Below are positions 21,768 to 30,601 of a stretch of DNA of 32,182 nucleotides, one piece after another (the first letter of the stretch is position 1; the number at the start of each line of letters is the position of its first letter). Below the pieces are notes generated by a model. The model was not told the origin of the DNA. It did not search any database and worked only from the letters and a program-made list of their open reading frames with translations. The DNA is from a virus (taxonomy: Duplodnaviria > Caudoviricetes). Location of the stretch: positions 1-32,182 of the IMG/VR virus record IMGVR_UViG_3300031228_000023; one strand, written 5' to 3'. The translations under genes and the position numbers were made by a program.

Positions 21768-23753
21768 CTAAGTGGGTGTTCGCCAACTGCCATCGACGTT
21801 AAACACGCCGCCGACAGTCTCTATCGCTCCACCGACCTTCGGCGCAAAGTTCAAGTTGAAGTCAAGATGGTTGTCCATGTCGACCGTGAGGGTCTTTTTG
21901 AACAACGGATCGGCAAACAGTGCTTGATATGCGGTGAGGTTGTCGCTGATCACGGTGTTGTTTGTCAGGGTCAACCCAGTCGGATCAGCTGGTGCGGTAC
22001 TGGGGTTGCTATCTGCCGCCCCATCCTCATTGGCATCCAGATACACGTCATCCACCAGAGAATGATAGACGCTATCCACAATCGTCCGTGTGCCGCAGGA
22101 AATGAAGCGCATCGCCGGGCGCACATACTTCTTCGTGCTGTCCGAGGAACCCTGTGCGGCCAGCTCCGCCTTAGCTGTAAGGTCCCCGAGGCATACACAG
22201 TTGCGGATCAGCACTATGTCGGTCTTGTCGACGTGTATCCCGTTGCCCATCGTGCCGATACCGATAACATTCTGGATCAGGATGTAGTCAAACCGAACGT
22301 TGAGTTTGGCTTTACCCTCGATGAACAAAAGTTGCCCGTCAATCCACCCGGTTCGCCCGTTGTTACGGATAAGGACAAGGTTCTCGAACACCCCGCCGAC
22401 CTTGGTTCCGTCAGTGGGATTGCCTGCGGAGGTATTGAGCTGAAGGAAGTCGGGGTGTCCGGGAGCCGGCGTCGAGCCATAGTTGTCGCTGTGTTTCTTG
22501 TCCGCGATGATGGTGTAGCCGAAGTACCAGTTGGTTGGGAGAGTGTATTTGATCCCATCCTCCCAGGTCCCGAGAATAGTGCATTGGCTGACATAGGCGT
22601 CGGCACCATAGAGGTTGAGGCCGACAAACACATCATGGATGTAGCTGTTGGTTACCCGGAGTCCGCTAGAGTTGGCGGACATAACCAAGCCTGACCGCAT
22701 GTCAAGCCCGGTCACACCATCCGGGTTAGAGCTGATCTCGCACCGATCTACGTGTCCGGTTGTGGCTCCGTTGACTATCGCAAGACAGCCGGCGGCTTGT
22801 TCCGAACCCGTGGTACTGGCTCCCGTGTATTGCCGGTTGAAGTGTATGCCTTGGACCTTCCACTCAAAACCAGGCTGGTTCGAACCATCCACGCTGATGC
22901 GCTTGATGATGACCGAGCCTTCAACCTCAGCTTTGAGGACCACCGGGTTGGTTTCGTCATAGGTCCCGGTAGGTGCGGCGACCCGCTGAAGGCGCCAGTC
23001 ATACTCGGTGCCCGCGTTGTAGGTTCCGGCGCGCATGACAATCTCATCGCCATAAGCCGCGGCCTTCCACGCCGTCCCTGCCTGGAACGTGCTTGAGTTC
23101 TCGTTGCTGGGGGCCGAGGCCACGTCATACCGATTGGCGACCCGAGTAACCTCGACCGTCCCGGTCACCCCCGTAGCGATCGTCTTTTCGGCGTCGGAAT
23201 ACTCTGTGAGGGTCAGCGTGTAGTCGTCAAGCATTCCCGAAGGCGCGCCACCATAGGTCCCTGCCTTGACAAAGCGGTTCCGCTCGTTGATAGCAAATTG
23301 GGTGAGAGTGTTCCCTGCAGTGATCCCGAGGTATCCGTCTCCGGTATAGCCGAGGTCATGCTCTCCGTGGCCCAGAAAAGTCTTCGCACCAACGTCCACA
23401 AGTTGAAGAGTCGGCAAGATGGGGCTGGACGCGGTGATCGGACCAACAGCCGCAGAGATTGCGACCGTATCAGTCAGGACCCCAACCGCCCGCACCTCGA
23501 AGGCAATCTCAGCCTCCACCTCAGCGACGGTCGGGGTGAAGGTTAGTCCGATCGCGCCATCAACAGGAACACCGTCCGCCAGCCACCGATAGGCATAGCC
23601 GATAATCCCACCGCCCCACATGCCGGGGTTGCCGGTTAGGGTTTGCCCCTGGACAGTAAGCCCAGAGATTGACGGAGGCACGATGTTGAATGGGGCGATG
23701 GGTGAGGTCTGCTCGGCCCCCCGCACCAACCTAAGGAGCTGGCCCTTGTTCAT
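21768..23753 (-). CDS. Tailspike-like protein: Ig-like domain plus right-handed beta-helix (putative depolymerase)
   Basis: PPSISGLTVQGQTLTGNPGMW...YAYRWLADG Ig-like repeat. GDEIVMRAGTY, VTNSYIHDV, GHPDFLQ and GNGIHV are pectin-lyase-like coils. Confidence 0.75.
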   Translation of the reverse strand: MNKGQLLRLVRGAEQTSPIAPFNIVPPSISGLTVQGQTLTGNPGMWGGGIIGYAYRWLADGVPVDGAIGLTFTPTVAEVEAEIAFEVRAVGVLTDTVAISAAVGPITASSPILPTLQLVDVGAKTFLGHGEHDLGYTGDGYLGITAGNTLTQFAINERNRFVKAGTYGGAPSGMLDDYTLTLTEYSDAEKTIATGVTGTVEVTRVANRYDVASAPSNENSSTFQAGTAWKAAAYGDEIVMRAGTYNAGTEYDWRLQRVAAPTGTYDETNPVVLKAEVEGSVIIKRISVDGSNQPGFEWKVQGIHFNRQYTGASTTGSEQAAGCLAIVNGATTGHVDRCEISSNPDGVTGLDMRSGLVMSANSSGLRVTNSYIHDVFVGLNLYGADAYVSQCTILGTWEDGIKYTLPTNWYFGYTIIADKKHSDNYGSTPAPGHPDFLQLNTSAGNPTDGTKVGGVFENLVLIRNNGRTGWIDGQLLFIEGKAKLNVRFDYILIQNVIGIGTMGNGIHVDKTDIVLIRNCVCLGDLTAKAELAAQGSSDSTKKYVRPAMRFISCGTRTIVDSVYHSLVDDVYLDANEDGAADSNPSTAPADPTGLTLTNNTVISDNLTAYQALFADPLFKKTLTVDMDNHLDFNLNFAPKVGGAIETVGGVFNVDGSWRTPT

Positions 23754-23760
23754 CGCCGGT

Positions 23761-24360
23761 TTACCTTGCTCGCAGCGCGGCAATGCCTGCGCGATATACG
23801 CTCTCTTCCGTGAAGGAGTGTCCCGTCAGGTCCGGGAGCGTTCCGTAGGTAGTGCCAGTAACGTAGCGCACCGCCGCCCCCACCGCCGCACCCATGCCGT
23901 TCGCGGCCGAAGCCCCCACCAATCGCGGCGTGTAGGGAAAGCTGGCGGTCAGGGCCATCAGCCGAATGGTGGCGTCGCTTACCTGCACGGCGAGCCAATA
24001 AAGGCCGATGTCTGGGGTCCAATCGCCCGAGCTGAAGTCCGCCTCATACACCGTGGCGGCGGCGACAGCCGTACTCGCGATTTCCGCCAACGGGTTGCCG
24101 GTCGCCTTCCCTGCCGCATGTGCATACCATCCCAGCTTGACGTTCCCCGCCCCGGCAGATATGCGGAATACCGATCCGCGCCAAGCCTGGACCCGATCTA
24201 TCCTAACTGGGAGTAGATAGGTTCGCGTAATATCCGGCGTGTTCGAGTGCGTCGCCATCTGTACGTCATAAGGGTTCCACGTCTCCCCGGCGGGAATGGC
24301 GGGATACATGGCGGAGAAGGCGGCGTCACCGCCAGCCGCAGGGTTCTGATAGATGCCCAT
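23761..24360 (-). CDS. Hypothetical virion-associated protein
   Basis: GGAGG upstream. 199 aa, beta-rich (NVKLGWY, GLYWLAVQ). Lies in the structural cluster. Confidence 0.6.
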   Translation of the reverse strand: MGIYQNPAAGGDAAFSAMYPAIPAGETWNPYDVQMATHSNTPDITRTYLLPVRIDRVQAWRGSVFRISAGAGNVKLGWYAHAAGKATGNPLAEIASTAVAAATVYEADFSSGDWTPDIGLYWLAVQVSDATIRLMALTASFPYTPRLVGASAANGMGAAVGAAVRYVTGTTYGTLPDLTGHSFTEESVYRAGIAALRAR

Positions 24361-24364
24361 GCGC

Positions 24365-25144
24365 CTAGGCCTCCGTCTTGGTTTCGAAGGTCGCGGTGAG
24401 TCGAACCGACGCAGAGGTTTCGATGGTCAAGGCTTCGTTGGCCGCGGTCTTGAAGTAAGGCCGTTCCCGGAACTCGAAGCTTCCACCACCGCCAGCAGTC
24501 CCGAAGAACTTCGGCCCGTAGATGACGGTCGCCCCGCTCTTGACCGTTACGTCGCAGGCACCGTCGACCTGGAACTCCCAGGCGTGGACGCGGCAAGCCT
24601 CGCCCGGCACTGCCGCCACGACTTCGCGGGAGCCGGTGGCTGTGCTGTCGATGTGGATCGTCGCGTCCATATCGGTCGCTGCCAAGGCGGGCGTTTTCGG
24701 GAGTTCTGGAACCGCTTCAGCAAGGCGGTCATATATCCCACCAAGAACACCGCGAATAGAAGCCGACCCCGAGCCCTCATAAGAAGTGTCGTCCAACGCT
24801 CCCAAACGGGTATTGGTGGTGTTCTGGTTGGCTGCTGTAGCGTCACCGCCACCTCCGCTTCCACCTCCGAGCTGGCCCGCGATGATCGAGTCAACCTGGG
24901 CGATGCCAAAGAGGATCGAGTCCCCTTCGGAGATGGTATCCGCATGCAGCCATGTAATGGTAGCTTGCCCGTTTCCGTTAAGCACGATGGTAAAGTCGGT
25001 GTCGGCTTTGTAGTAATCCGCGCCCGCCACAGCCACATGCTGTCCCGAGCGGGGCGTCCGAAGCTTGTCGAACACTCCCGGTAGAACCAAAGTACCAGAC
25101 GTTACCAGATCAGCTTCGAGGACAACAGGCACTGCGCGAAACAT
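24365..25144 (-). CDS. Hypothetical virion-associated protein
   Basis: GGAG RBS. 259 aa, two beta domains joined by a Gly linker. First gene after the capsid gene. Confidence 0.65.
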   Translation of the reverse strand: MFRAVPVVLEADLVTSGTLVLPGVFDKLRTPRSGQHVAVAGADYYKADTDFTIVLNGNGQATITWLHADTISEGDSILFGIAQVDSIIAGQLGGGSGGGGDATAANQNTTNTRLGALDDTSYEGSGSASIRGVLGGIYDRLAEAVPELPKTPALAATDMDATIHIDSTATGSREVVAAVPGEACRVHAWEFQVDGACDVTVKSGATVIYGPKFFGTAGGGGSFEFRERPYFKTAANEALTIETSASVRLTATFETKTEA

Positions 25145-25178
25145 GGTAGGCTCTCCGGGTAGGGTGGCTAGGTATGGC

Positions 25179-25210
25179 TAAGGGGGCCCGGCGTTGTAGC
25201 CAGACCCCCC
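25179..25210 (-). terminator. Hairpin after the major capsid gene, probable leaky terminator
   Basis: Minus strand GGGGGTCTGGC-TACAAC-GCCGGGCCCCC is an 11-bp stem with two G-U pairs that form only on this strand. The U tail is short. Confidence 0.6.
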
Positions 25211-25238
25211 AACCGAGACTTGTACTTGCGCCGCCAGG

Positions 25239-26507
25239 CTACTCGTCCTTGGTCCCGCCCCAAACGCCGGTGATCAGCGTGTGGGTTTCCGGGTGGTGCA
25301 GTTCCAACCCGCACTCGGCGATGTAGCCGGCGAGCATCCCGTCGACGCCCGGAAGCTGCATGTTGGGTTGGTAGGTGACGTCGGAGTCGGTGAGGTACCG
25401 ATACCGCAGGTTCGTCATGTCGAGGATCAGGATCGCGTTGTCGAAGGACGAGTAGCGAACGTTCCCCGCGCCGTTGGTCCCGCCGGTCATCTGGCCGAAC
25501 AGAGGGTGCATCATCAGGACCAAGGTGCCCATCGGCGTCATCAGCCGCTGGACGGTCATCCCGTATTCCTTGACCTGGGCGCCGAGACTCCAGTTGAGCT
25601 GGGTGTTCATCCGAACCATCTGGGTGATGGCCAGGAGGGCGGTCAGGCCGCACCACGCGATCTTCTCGGAAGCCCCATAGCGGAAGATGTTTGCGATGAG
25701 GGTCTCCCAATAGGACAGCGACAGCAGACCCTGCTGGGCTGCGAGGCTGATCTTCCGTTCCGTCGGCAGCATGTTGATGATGCCATCGGACATACGGAGC
25801 GGCTGGTTGTTCCGGCTGGTAGTCCGCTTCTTCCCGAAGATGAAGGCCTTCTCCAGCCCGACCGTGAAGGCCTCCAGGCAGTCCGCCTTGCTCTCGCGGA
25901 CCTCGTCGCCCGTCCGGGTCTTGGTCTTCATCGCCGTCCGGGTGAGCGCGAACGCTTCCCGGTGGATTTGGGTCTGGTTGGAGGTTTCCTCCGGGTCCCA
26001 CCCGATCGGGTCAGGCGCCGCGGACCCTTCCTCGTTGGCCGAGCCGATCTTCAGGACCCACGGGTTGATGCCGTCACCGTCATGGTCGACCGCGGTGGAG
26101 AGGGTGTTCTCGAAGCCCCGGAGGACCGCGATGCCCGTCGCCGTGTTGGGGGTGGTGGTCACGAAGAGTAGCTCGGAGGTCTGTTCGACCATGAGGATAT
26201 CGCCGGCCTTCACGCCATAGGCATTACCTTCGGCGTCGTCGATGGTGATGGTCTGCGCCGTCCCCGCCGCGTCGCCGCCGCTGAGGTCAGCGTCCAGCTT
26301 AAAGCGGTGGGTGTTGGTCGACTTGGACCACCAGTGGTAAATGGGGCTCTGGGTGGCCTCGGACTTCATCCGTGCTGTGAGGGCGGCGAGCGGAGCCTGC
26401 TTGGTCCCATACGGGAACATGCGGAGGATCGTCTCCCGCCAGGTGTCGGGGGTCCGCCCGGAGGGCGAAGTCAGGTCGTCAGAGCCGCGGAGGCCGGGAA
26501 TGGCCAT
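25239..26507 (-). CDS. Major capsid protein (HK97 fold, SU10/DUF5309-like)
   Basis: TAAGGA RBS. IYHWWSK, GSANEEGS, NQTQIHRE...LTRTA, LEKAFIFG, YIAECGLELHHPETH. Follows the scaffold gene. Confidence 0.85.
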   Translation of the reverse strand: MAIPGLRGSDDLTSPSGRTPDTWRETILRMFPYGTKQAPLAALTARMKSEATQSPIYHWWSKSTNTHRFKLDADLSGGDAAGTAQTITIDDAEGNAYGVKAGDILMVEQTSELLFVTTTPNTATGIAVLRGFENTLSTAVDHDGDGINPWVLKIGSANEEGSAAPDPIGWDPEETSNQTQIHREAFALTRTAMKTKTRTGDEVRESKADCLEAFTVGLEKAFIFGKKRTTSRNNQPLRMSDGIINMLPTERKISLAAQQGLLSLSYWETLIANIFRYGASEKIAWCGLTALLAITQMVRMNTQLNWSLGAQVKEYGMTVQRLMTPMGTLVLMMHPLFGQMTGGTNGAGNVRYSSFDNAILILDMTNLRYRYLTDSDVTYQPNMQLPGVDGMLAGYIAECGLELHHPETHTLITGVWGGTKDE

Positions 26508-26540
26508 GGGGGTGTGTCCTTATGAGGAGAGGAACGGGCC

Positions 26541-27836
26541 CTAGTTCCAACCACCGTTGGCCTGGAAGTCCGCCCATTCGCTGGCGGGGGTCGCGATAGC
26601 CGGTTGGGGCATACCGAAACCACTGGCCGGGGACCCGGAGGTCCAAGGAACGGGGGCAGGCGCTTGGGGATGGTAGGCGACGGGAGCCGGGGCCGTATAG
26701 GGAGCCCACTGACCGTCGGACATCTTGACATACCAACGACCGTCCTGGCCCTGTTCGGGCTGGGTGACGGGATAGGGTTGGCCGGCAGGAGGTCCGGGCG
26801 GCGCATAGGCGGGTTGCGGGGGCATGGGAGGCAAGGCCTGCGGTTGAGGAGCGAACTGCGGGCTCTGGCCACTGGCCATCGCCTGAAGTGCCGCCACCGC
26901 GTAGGACTGAACCCTCTTGCCGATGTCTTTGGTCCAAACCGCACCCGGGTTACGGGCCAGTTCGTCCCGCTTGACCACGTCCAGGCATTGCTGGACAAGC
27001 TGGGGCGAGGCAAACCGAAGCTGGGGGGCGCCGTCGAAGATGTCCTCCATCATGCGATCTTGCGCGATGGATGAGCGGGTGGTGTTGACGGTTGCCGCAG
27101 CCATGGACGGCAGGATATTCTGCACGACATGGGCCAAGACTCGCTTGGCAGTCTCATTGGCGGCGGCACCGATGGTCGCCTCCAACGCACTGTGGCGCGT
27201 GTTGGTATCGTCGTGCTCCAGAGCGGCCCGAACGTTCGGCGGAAGTCCGAACCCTTGCGGAAAGGGCACGAAGTCCGTGGGATCGGCGGTCTGGGGTTGC
27301 GGAGTCTGTGCCTGGGGGGCCACAGCCGGCTGTTGCGGTTGTCCCGGAGGAACGTAGGCAACGGGGGCCGGAGGCTGAGGGGCCGGTGACAGAACTTGCT
27401 GAAGGAGACGAGGGTCAATCGTCCCCGGGGCCGCGGGCGGCAGAGCATTTGTCGGAGCGGGCGGTTGGCCGACCCCATTGACAGCTTGCGGTTGCACGGG
27501 CGCAGTCCCGGCCGCTTGGGCCGGGGGCGAGGTGGGAGCCTGGGGAGCGGCGGGAGCGGCGGGAGCCAGCTCAATGTCCTGGTCCCCGAACAACTCCTTG
27601 AGGAAATTGCCGGGACTCTCGTCCGCGAACGCGGCCAGACCCTCCGCGCCACTGGCCTCCGGGGTCGGGCCGTCGCCCTCGGGCGCGTTCACGGGCGCAG
27701 AGGGGTTCGTGGAGGGGTCGTTAAAGGGGTTGCCCGAACCCGGCTGAACCGGAGCGTTCGGGGGCACCGGGCCGCCGTCCTGGGGAACCGGGGTCGGGCC
27801 GGGTTGCGGGTTCGCTGCGAGAGTTCCGTCAGCCAT
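26541..27836 (-). CDS. Putative capsid scaffolding protein (Pro/Gln/Ala-rich)
   Basis: Low-complexity ends with a helical core. Lies between portal and capsid genes. Confidence 0.6.
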   Translation of the reverse strand: MADGTLAANPQPGPTPVPQDGGPVPPNAPVQPGSGNPFNDPSTNPSAPVNAPEGDGPTPEASGAEGLAAFADESPGNFLKELFGDQDIELAPAAPAAPQAPTSPPAQAAGTAPVQPQAVNGVGQPPAPTNALPPAAPGTIDPRLLQQVLSPAPQPPAPVAYVPPGQPQQPAVAPQAQTPQPQTADPTDFVPFPQGFGLPPNVRAALEHDDTNTRHSALEATIGAAANETAKRVLAHVVQNILPSMAAATVNTTRSSIAQDRMMEDIFDGAPQLRFASPQLVQQCLDVVKRDELARNPGAVWTKDIGKRVQSYAVAALQAMASGQSPQFAPQPQALPPMPPQPAYAPPGPPAGQPYPVTQPEQGQDGRWYVKMSDGQWAPYTAPAPVAYHPQAPAPVPWTSGSPASGFGMPQPAIATPASEWADFQANGGWN

Positions 27837-28161
27837 TGGAAGGGTCCTTGGGCTTGGGGTTGGGGGGAGCGTTGCCAGTAGCGTAGGAGAAGATGTGTTC
27901 CACCAAACGGTGGGTAGCCTCGCGGACTGCTTGCTGTTGGCGGGCCAAGGCGATAGCCTCTGGGCGGGACAAGTCCGCCTCGGCGATATGATCCCTCAAG
28001 AGGTCCGAATAGTCAACCCCCGCCTTGAGAATTTTATAGAACGGCGTGCCCGGCTGAAGCACCTGGACAAGCCACTCGCGTTCCGCCTCATCCAACACCG
28101 GAGCCTTCGGAAAGCTCCTCAATTCCGCCAATACCTGTCCGATCGGCTGTAGATGGTTCAT
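27829..28161 (-). CDS. Small hypothetical head-associated protein
   Basis: AAGGA upstream. 110 aa, helical. Directly after the portal gene and overlapping the scaffold start. Confidence 0.65.
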   Translation of the reverse strand: MNHLQPIGQVLAELRSFPKAPVLDEAEREWLVQVLQPGTPFYKILKAGVDYSDLLRDHIAEADLSRPEAIALARQQQAVREATHRLVEHIFSYATGNAPPNPKPKDPSNG

Positions 28162-28164
28162 GGG

Positions 28165-30249
28165 TCAAAATCCTTGTGGCGGGAGGGGAGGCAACGCGCC
28201 GCCAGGCGGACCTGAGGGACCTGCCCCGGCGACTTGGGGGATTTCGCTAAGCGGGACGAGGTTCCCGGCCTGGGCCTGTTGGGCGATACCCTCGGCCGGC
28301 GCTAGCTTGAACTGGTCGATGTTCTGGGCTCCGCCGAGTTGGGCCATGAATCGGAAGATCGCCTGGGCATCGTAGGTCTGCTGCATCTGGCCAGAGGGGT
28401 CCTGAACCACCATCCCCCAGATTTCGCGCCACACGTCGAGCTGGGCGACCCGGTCGAGCGGAAGGGTCCCGTCGTGGATGGGGAAATAGTAGTCCCCCTC
28501 GATACCCTCGGGGGTGATGATGACGGAGTCCATGGTGCCGTTCGCGCCGAGCACTCGGGCTTCGAACTCGCCGGTCATGAACTGTTGGTAGTTCGACGCC
28601 CACTGTGCCGCGCCCCGACTCAGCCCCATGGAAGAGTAGAGCATGGCCCGGGAGGCCAGTCGGGACCCACCCGCCTCGAAGCTGGTGCGGACCTCGGTGG
28701 CGGTTTTCCGGCCCCCGGAGTCTTGGATACCTCGCATGTTGTCGGACGCGCCCGTTAGGTCGTTGCCCATCCGCTGCATGAGTTGGTAGTCGGCCAGATG
28801 GCTCCGGGTAATGTCGGACACCGCTTGCTGCTGGATGGCCGCCCGAGCGTCAGCCGGAGCCCACGGGGTGGACTTCAGGCGGATCAGACCCCCTGGCAGC
28901 GGATCGAGGAAGTCGTCCATCTCGACACGGTTGGGGTCCACCACGAAGATGTTGTTGAGGGACGCCCGAACGTTGTACATGTGGGAGTTGATCAGCCAGG
29001 ACATGGTGTCTTGGGTCGAGGCCAGGAGGTCGACGGTCGAGAGTTGGCCGAAGCTGTGGCCGAAGGCATTCGGCTCCGTCACGGAGATCGGGTGTTCGCC
29101 GTGATTGAGGTTGACGGGTTCGGCCTGGACGATCTGGGATTGGTTGAGGATGGTGAACAGCCACTTCTCGGGCCGCTTGGACGGGGACAATCCCAACTCC
29201 GCCGGGATGATTTCGACCGTCCCTTGGTCGACCTGGATATTCGGGGCCGCCGTAGAGGAGCCTTGGGTGCCCCCGGAGGTCAGAGGCTCGCCCAATGCAC
29301 GGAGGCCGGCGATGGAGTCACCGCCAGCACCTGAGTGGCCTCCCAGCCACGAGGGGCCGGAACCTGCCTTGACCGCGTCGACCCATTGAAGGAGACCGTC
29401 CGCCTGCGCGCGGAGGAGCATGTGGCGACCTTGGAAGTCCCGCCAGAAGACGAACTCGCCCTTCTCGGCGACCTCCACCATCGGGACCCTCGGGTCGGGG
29501 AAGAACATAAAGGGCGAGATGATGGAGACGGCGTTCCCTTCGAAGCACACGGCGCGTTGCTGGGACCGCACGGGCGGCGCATTCATCCCGGAGTACGCCA
29601 TGATTTGGGCGAGCTGGGGGGACGCCGGCCGGGTGACGGTCTTGGTGCGCTCGACGCGGGACCACATATTCCGCTGAACAGCGATCCCGTAGGCCTCACC
29701 GTTGGCGAAGTAGTTGTACAGGTGGTACACGTAACGCTGATAGTCCGCGTTGTACTGGAGGAGGGTCTCCATATTCTTGGCGCGCTTGACCTGCTCGCCA
29801 CGGTACGCGCCGACTTGGAAGATGGGCTTGCGTCCTCCGAACGTATGGAGGAGATAGGTGATGATCGTCTGCATGGTGGCCCAAGCATAGGGGACCACCA
29901 CCTCGTCGGGAGCCTTGACCTTCCCCGAATGCTGCATCTCCTTGAGGATCGCCTCGTACTTGGGGAGGGTCACGTAAGCTTGGAGCCGCATCTCGTTCGC
30001 CCGGAACCGGGGGTACATCGGCGCCATTTTGTCCTCAGACCACCGGAGCCGCTTGAGGAGGTAGTCGAGAACGAAGGCGTGCTGGGGGGACTGCGGGCGA
30101 AGGAAGTCGATCGGACGGGTAGCGCCACCGGCCCTGGCGGGCGGAGCGAACTTATACGGGCTCCACTGATCGAGCCCTAGACGCTCGCCACGGGGGAGGC
30201 TGTGGGGGGCCGGATCACCGACCATCGACGGTAGCGCGGTATCAGCCAT
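28165..30249 (-). CDS. Portal protein
   Basis: 694 aa downstream of terminase. SPFMFFPDP, GEHPISV, DLTGASDNMRG...KTATEV and a Q/P-rich tail resemble P22/SU10-type portals. Confidence 0.85.
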   Translation of the reverse strand: MADTALPSMVGDPAPHSLPRGERLGLDQWSPYKFAPPARAGGATRPIDFLRPQSPQHAFVLDYLLKRLRWSEDKMAPMYPRFRANEMRLQAYVTLPKYEAILKEMQHSGKVKAPDEVVVPYAWATMQTIITYLLHTFGGRKPIFQVGAYRGEQVKRAKNMETLLQYNADYQRYVYHLYNYFANGEAYGIAVQRNMWSRVERTKTVTRPASPQLAQIMAYSGMNAPPVRSQQRAVCFEGNAVSIISPFMFFPDPRVPMVEVAEKGEFVFWRDFQGRHMLLRAQADGLLQWVDAVKAGSGPSWLGGHSGAGGDSIAGLRALGEPLTSGGTQGSSTAAPNIQVDQGTVEIIPAELGLSPSKRPEKWLFTILNQSQIVQAEPVNLNHGEHPISVTEPNAFGHSFGQLSTVDLLASTQDTMSWLINSHMYNVRASLNNIFVVDPNRVEMDDFLDPLPGGLIRLKSTPWAPADARAAIQQQAVSDITRSHLADYQLMQRMGNDLTGASDNMRGIQDSGGRKTATEVRTSFEAGGSRLASRAMLYSSMGLSRGAAQWASNYQQFMTGEFEARVLGANGTMDSVIITPEGIEGDYYFPIHDGTLPLDRVAQLDVWREIWGMVVQDPSGQMQQTYDAQAIFRFMAQLGGAQNIDQFKLAPAEGIAQQAQAGNLVPLSEIPQVAGAGPSGPPGGALPPLPPQGF

Positions 30250-30601
30250 TGGAGGGGTCCGGGGTTTGGGGAAGGGAGTCGAGGATGAAGACGGGAGCTA
30301 CGACGGGCGGCGGAGGTACGGGTATGTCGTTGTCGCGGAGGATGCGGGCGAGGCTTTCGTTGTACTGTTGGAGGCCCCGGACCTTTACCTCCATTTGCTG
30401 GAGGCGCTCCTCGTTACGGGCGAGGATTTCGTCCTGGCGGTCGATGTGGAGCTTCATGGAGGCGTTGAGCTGGCCCTGAAGCTGGGCCTGGACCGACCCT
30501 CGACCGCCGAAGAAAGAGATGAGGCCGATCATCACGGAGGAGACGACCCCTAGGATGCCGGCCACGATGGTTTGGTTCAGCTCCGTGGCCATCTCGCTCA
30601 T
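30242..30601 (-). CDS. Single-TM coiled-coil protein
   Basis: ATGA coupling with the terminase stop. TM segment TIVAGILGVVSSVMIGLISFFG, then a coiled coil and Pro-rich end. Confidence 0.7.
   Translation of the reverse strand: MSEMATELNQTIVAGILGVVSSVMIGLISFFGGRGSVQAQLQGQLNASMKLHIDRQDEILARNEERLQQMEVKVRGLQQYNESLARILRDNDIPVPPPPVVAPVFILDSLPQTPDPSNG

Noticed and set aside
25168-25260. Programmed frameshift extension of the major capsid protein
   Set aside because: An alternative frame runs 71 nt past the stop, but no slippery sequence is evident and the extension crosses the terminator-like hairpin.
27050-27652. 200-aa +1 ORF in the scaffold gene, and similar ones at 12743-13015, 9953-10219 and 17674-17931
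   Set aside because: Pro-rich or weakly biased host sequence gives long open shadow frames by chance. No convincing RBS together with sharp patch boundaries.
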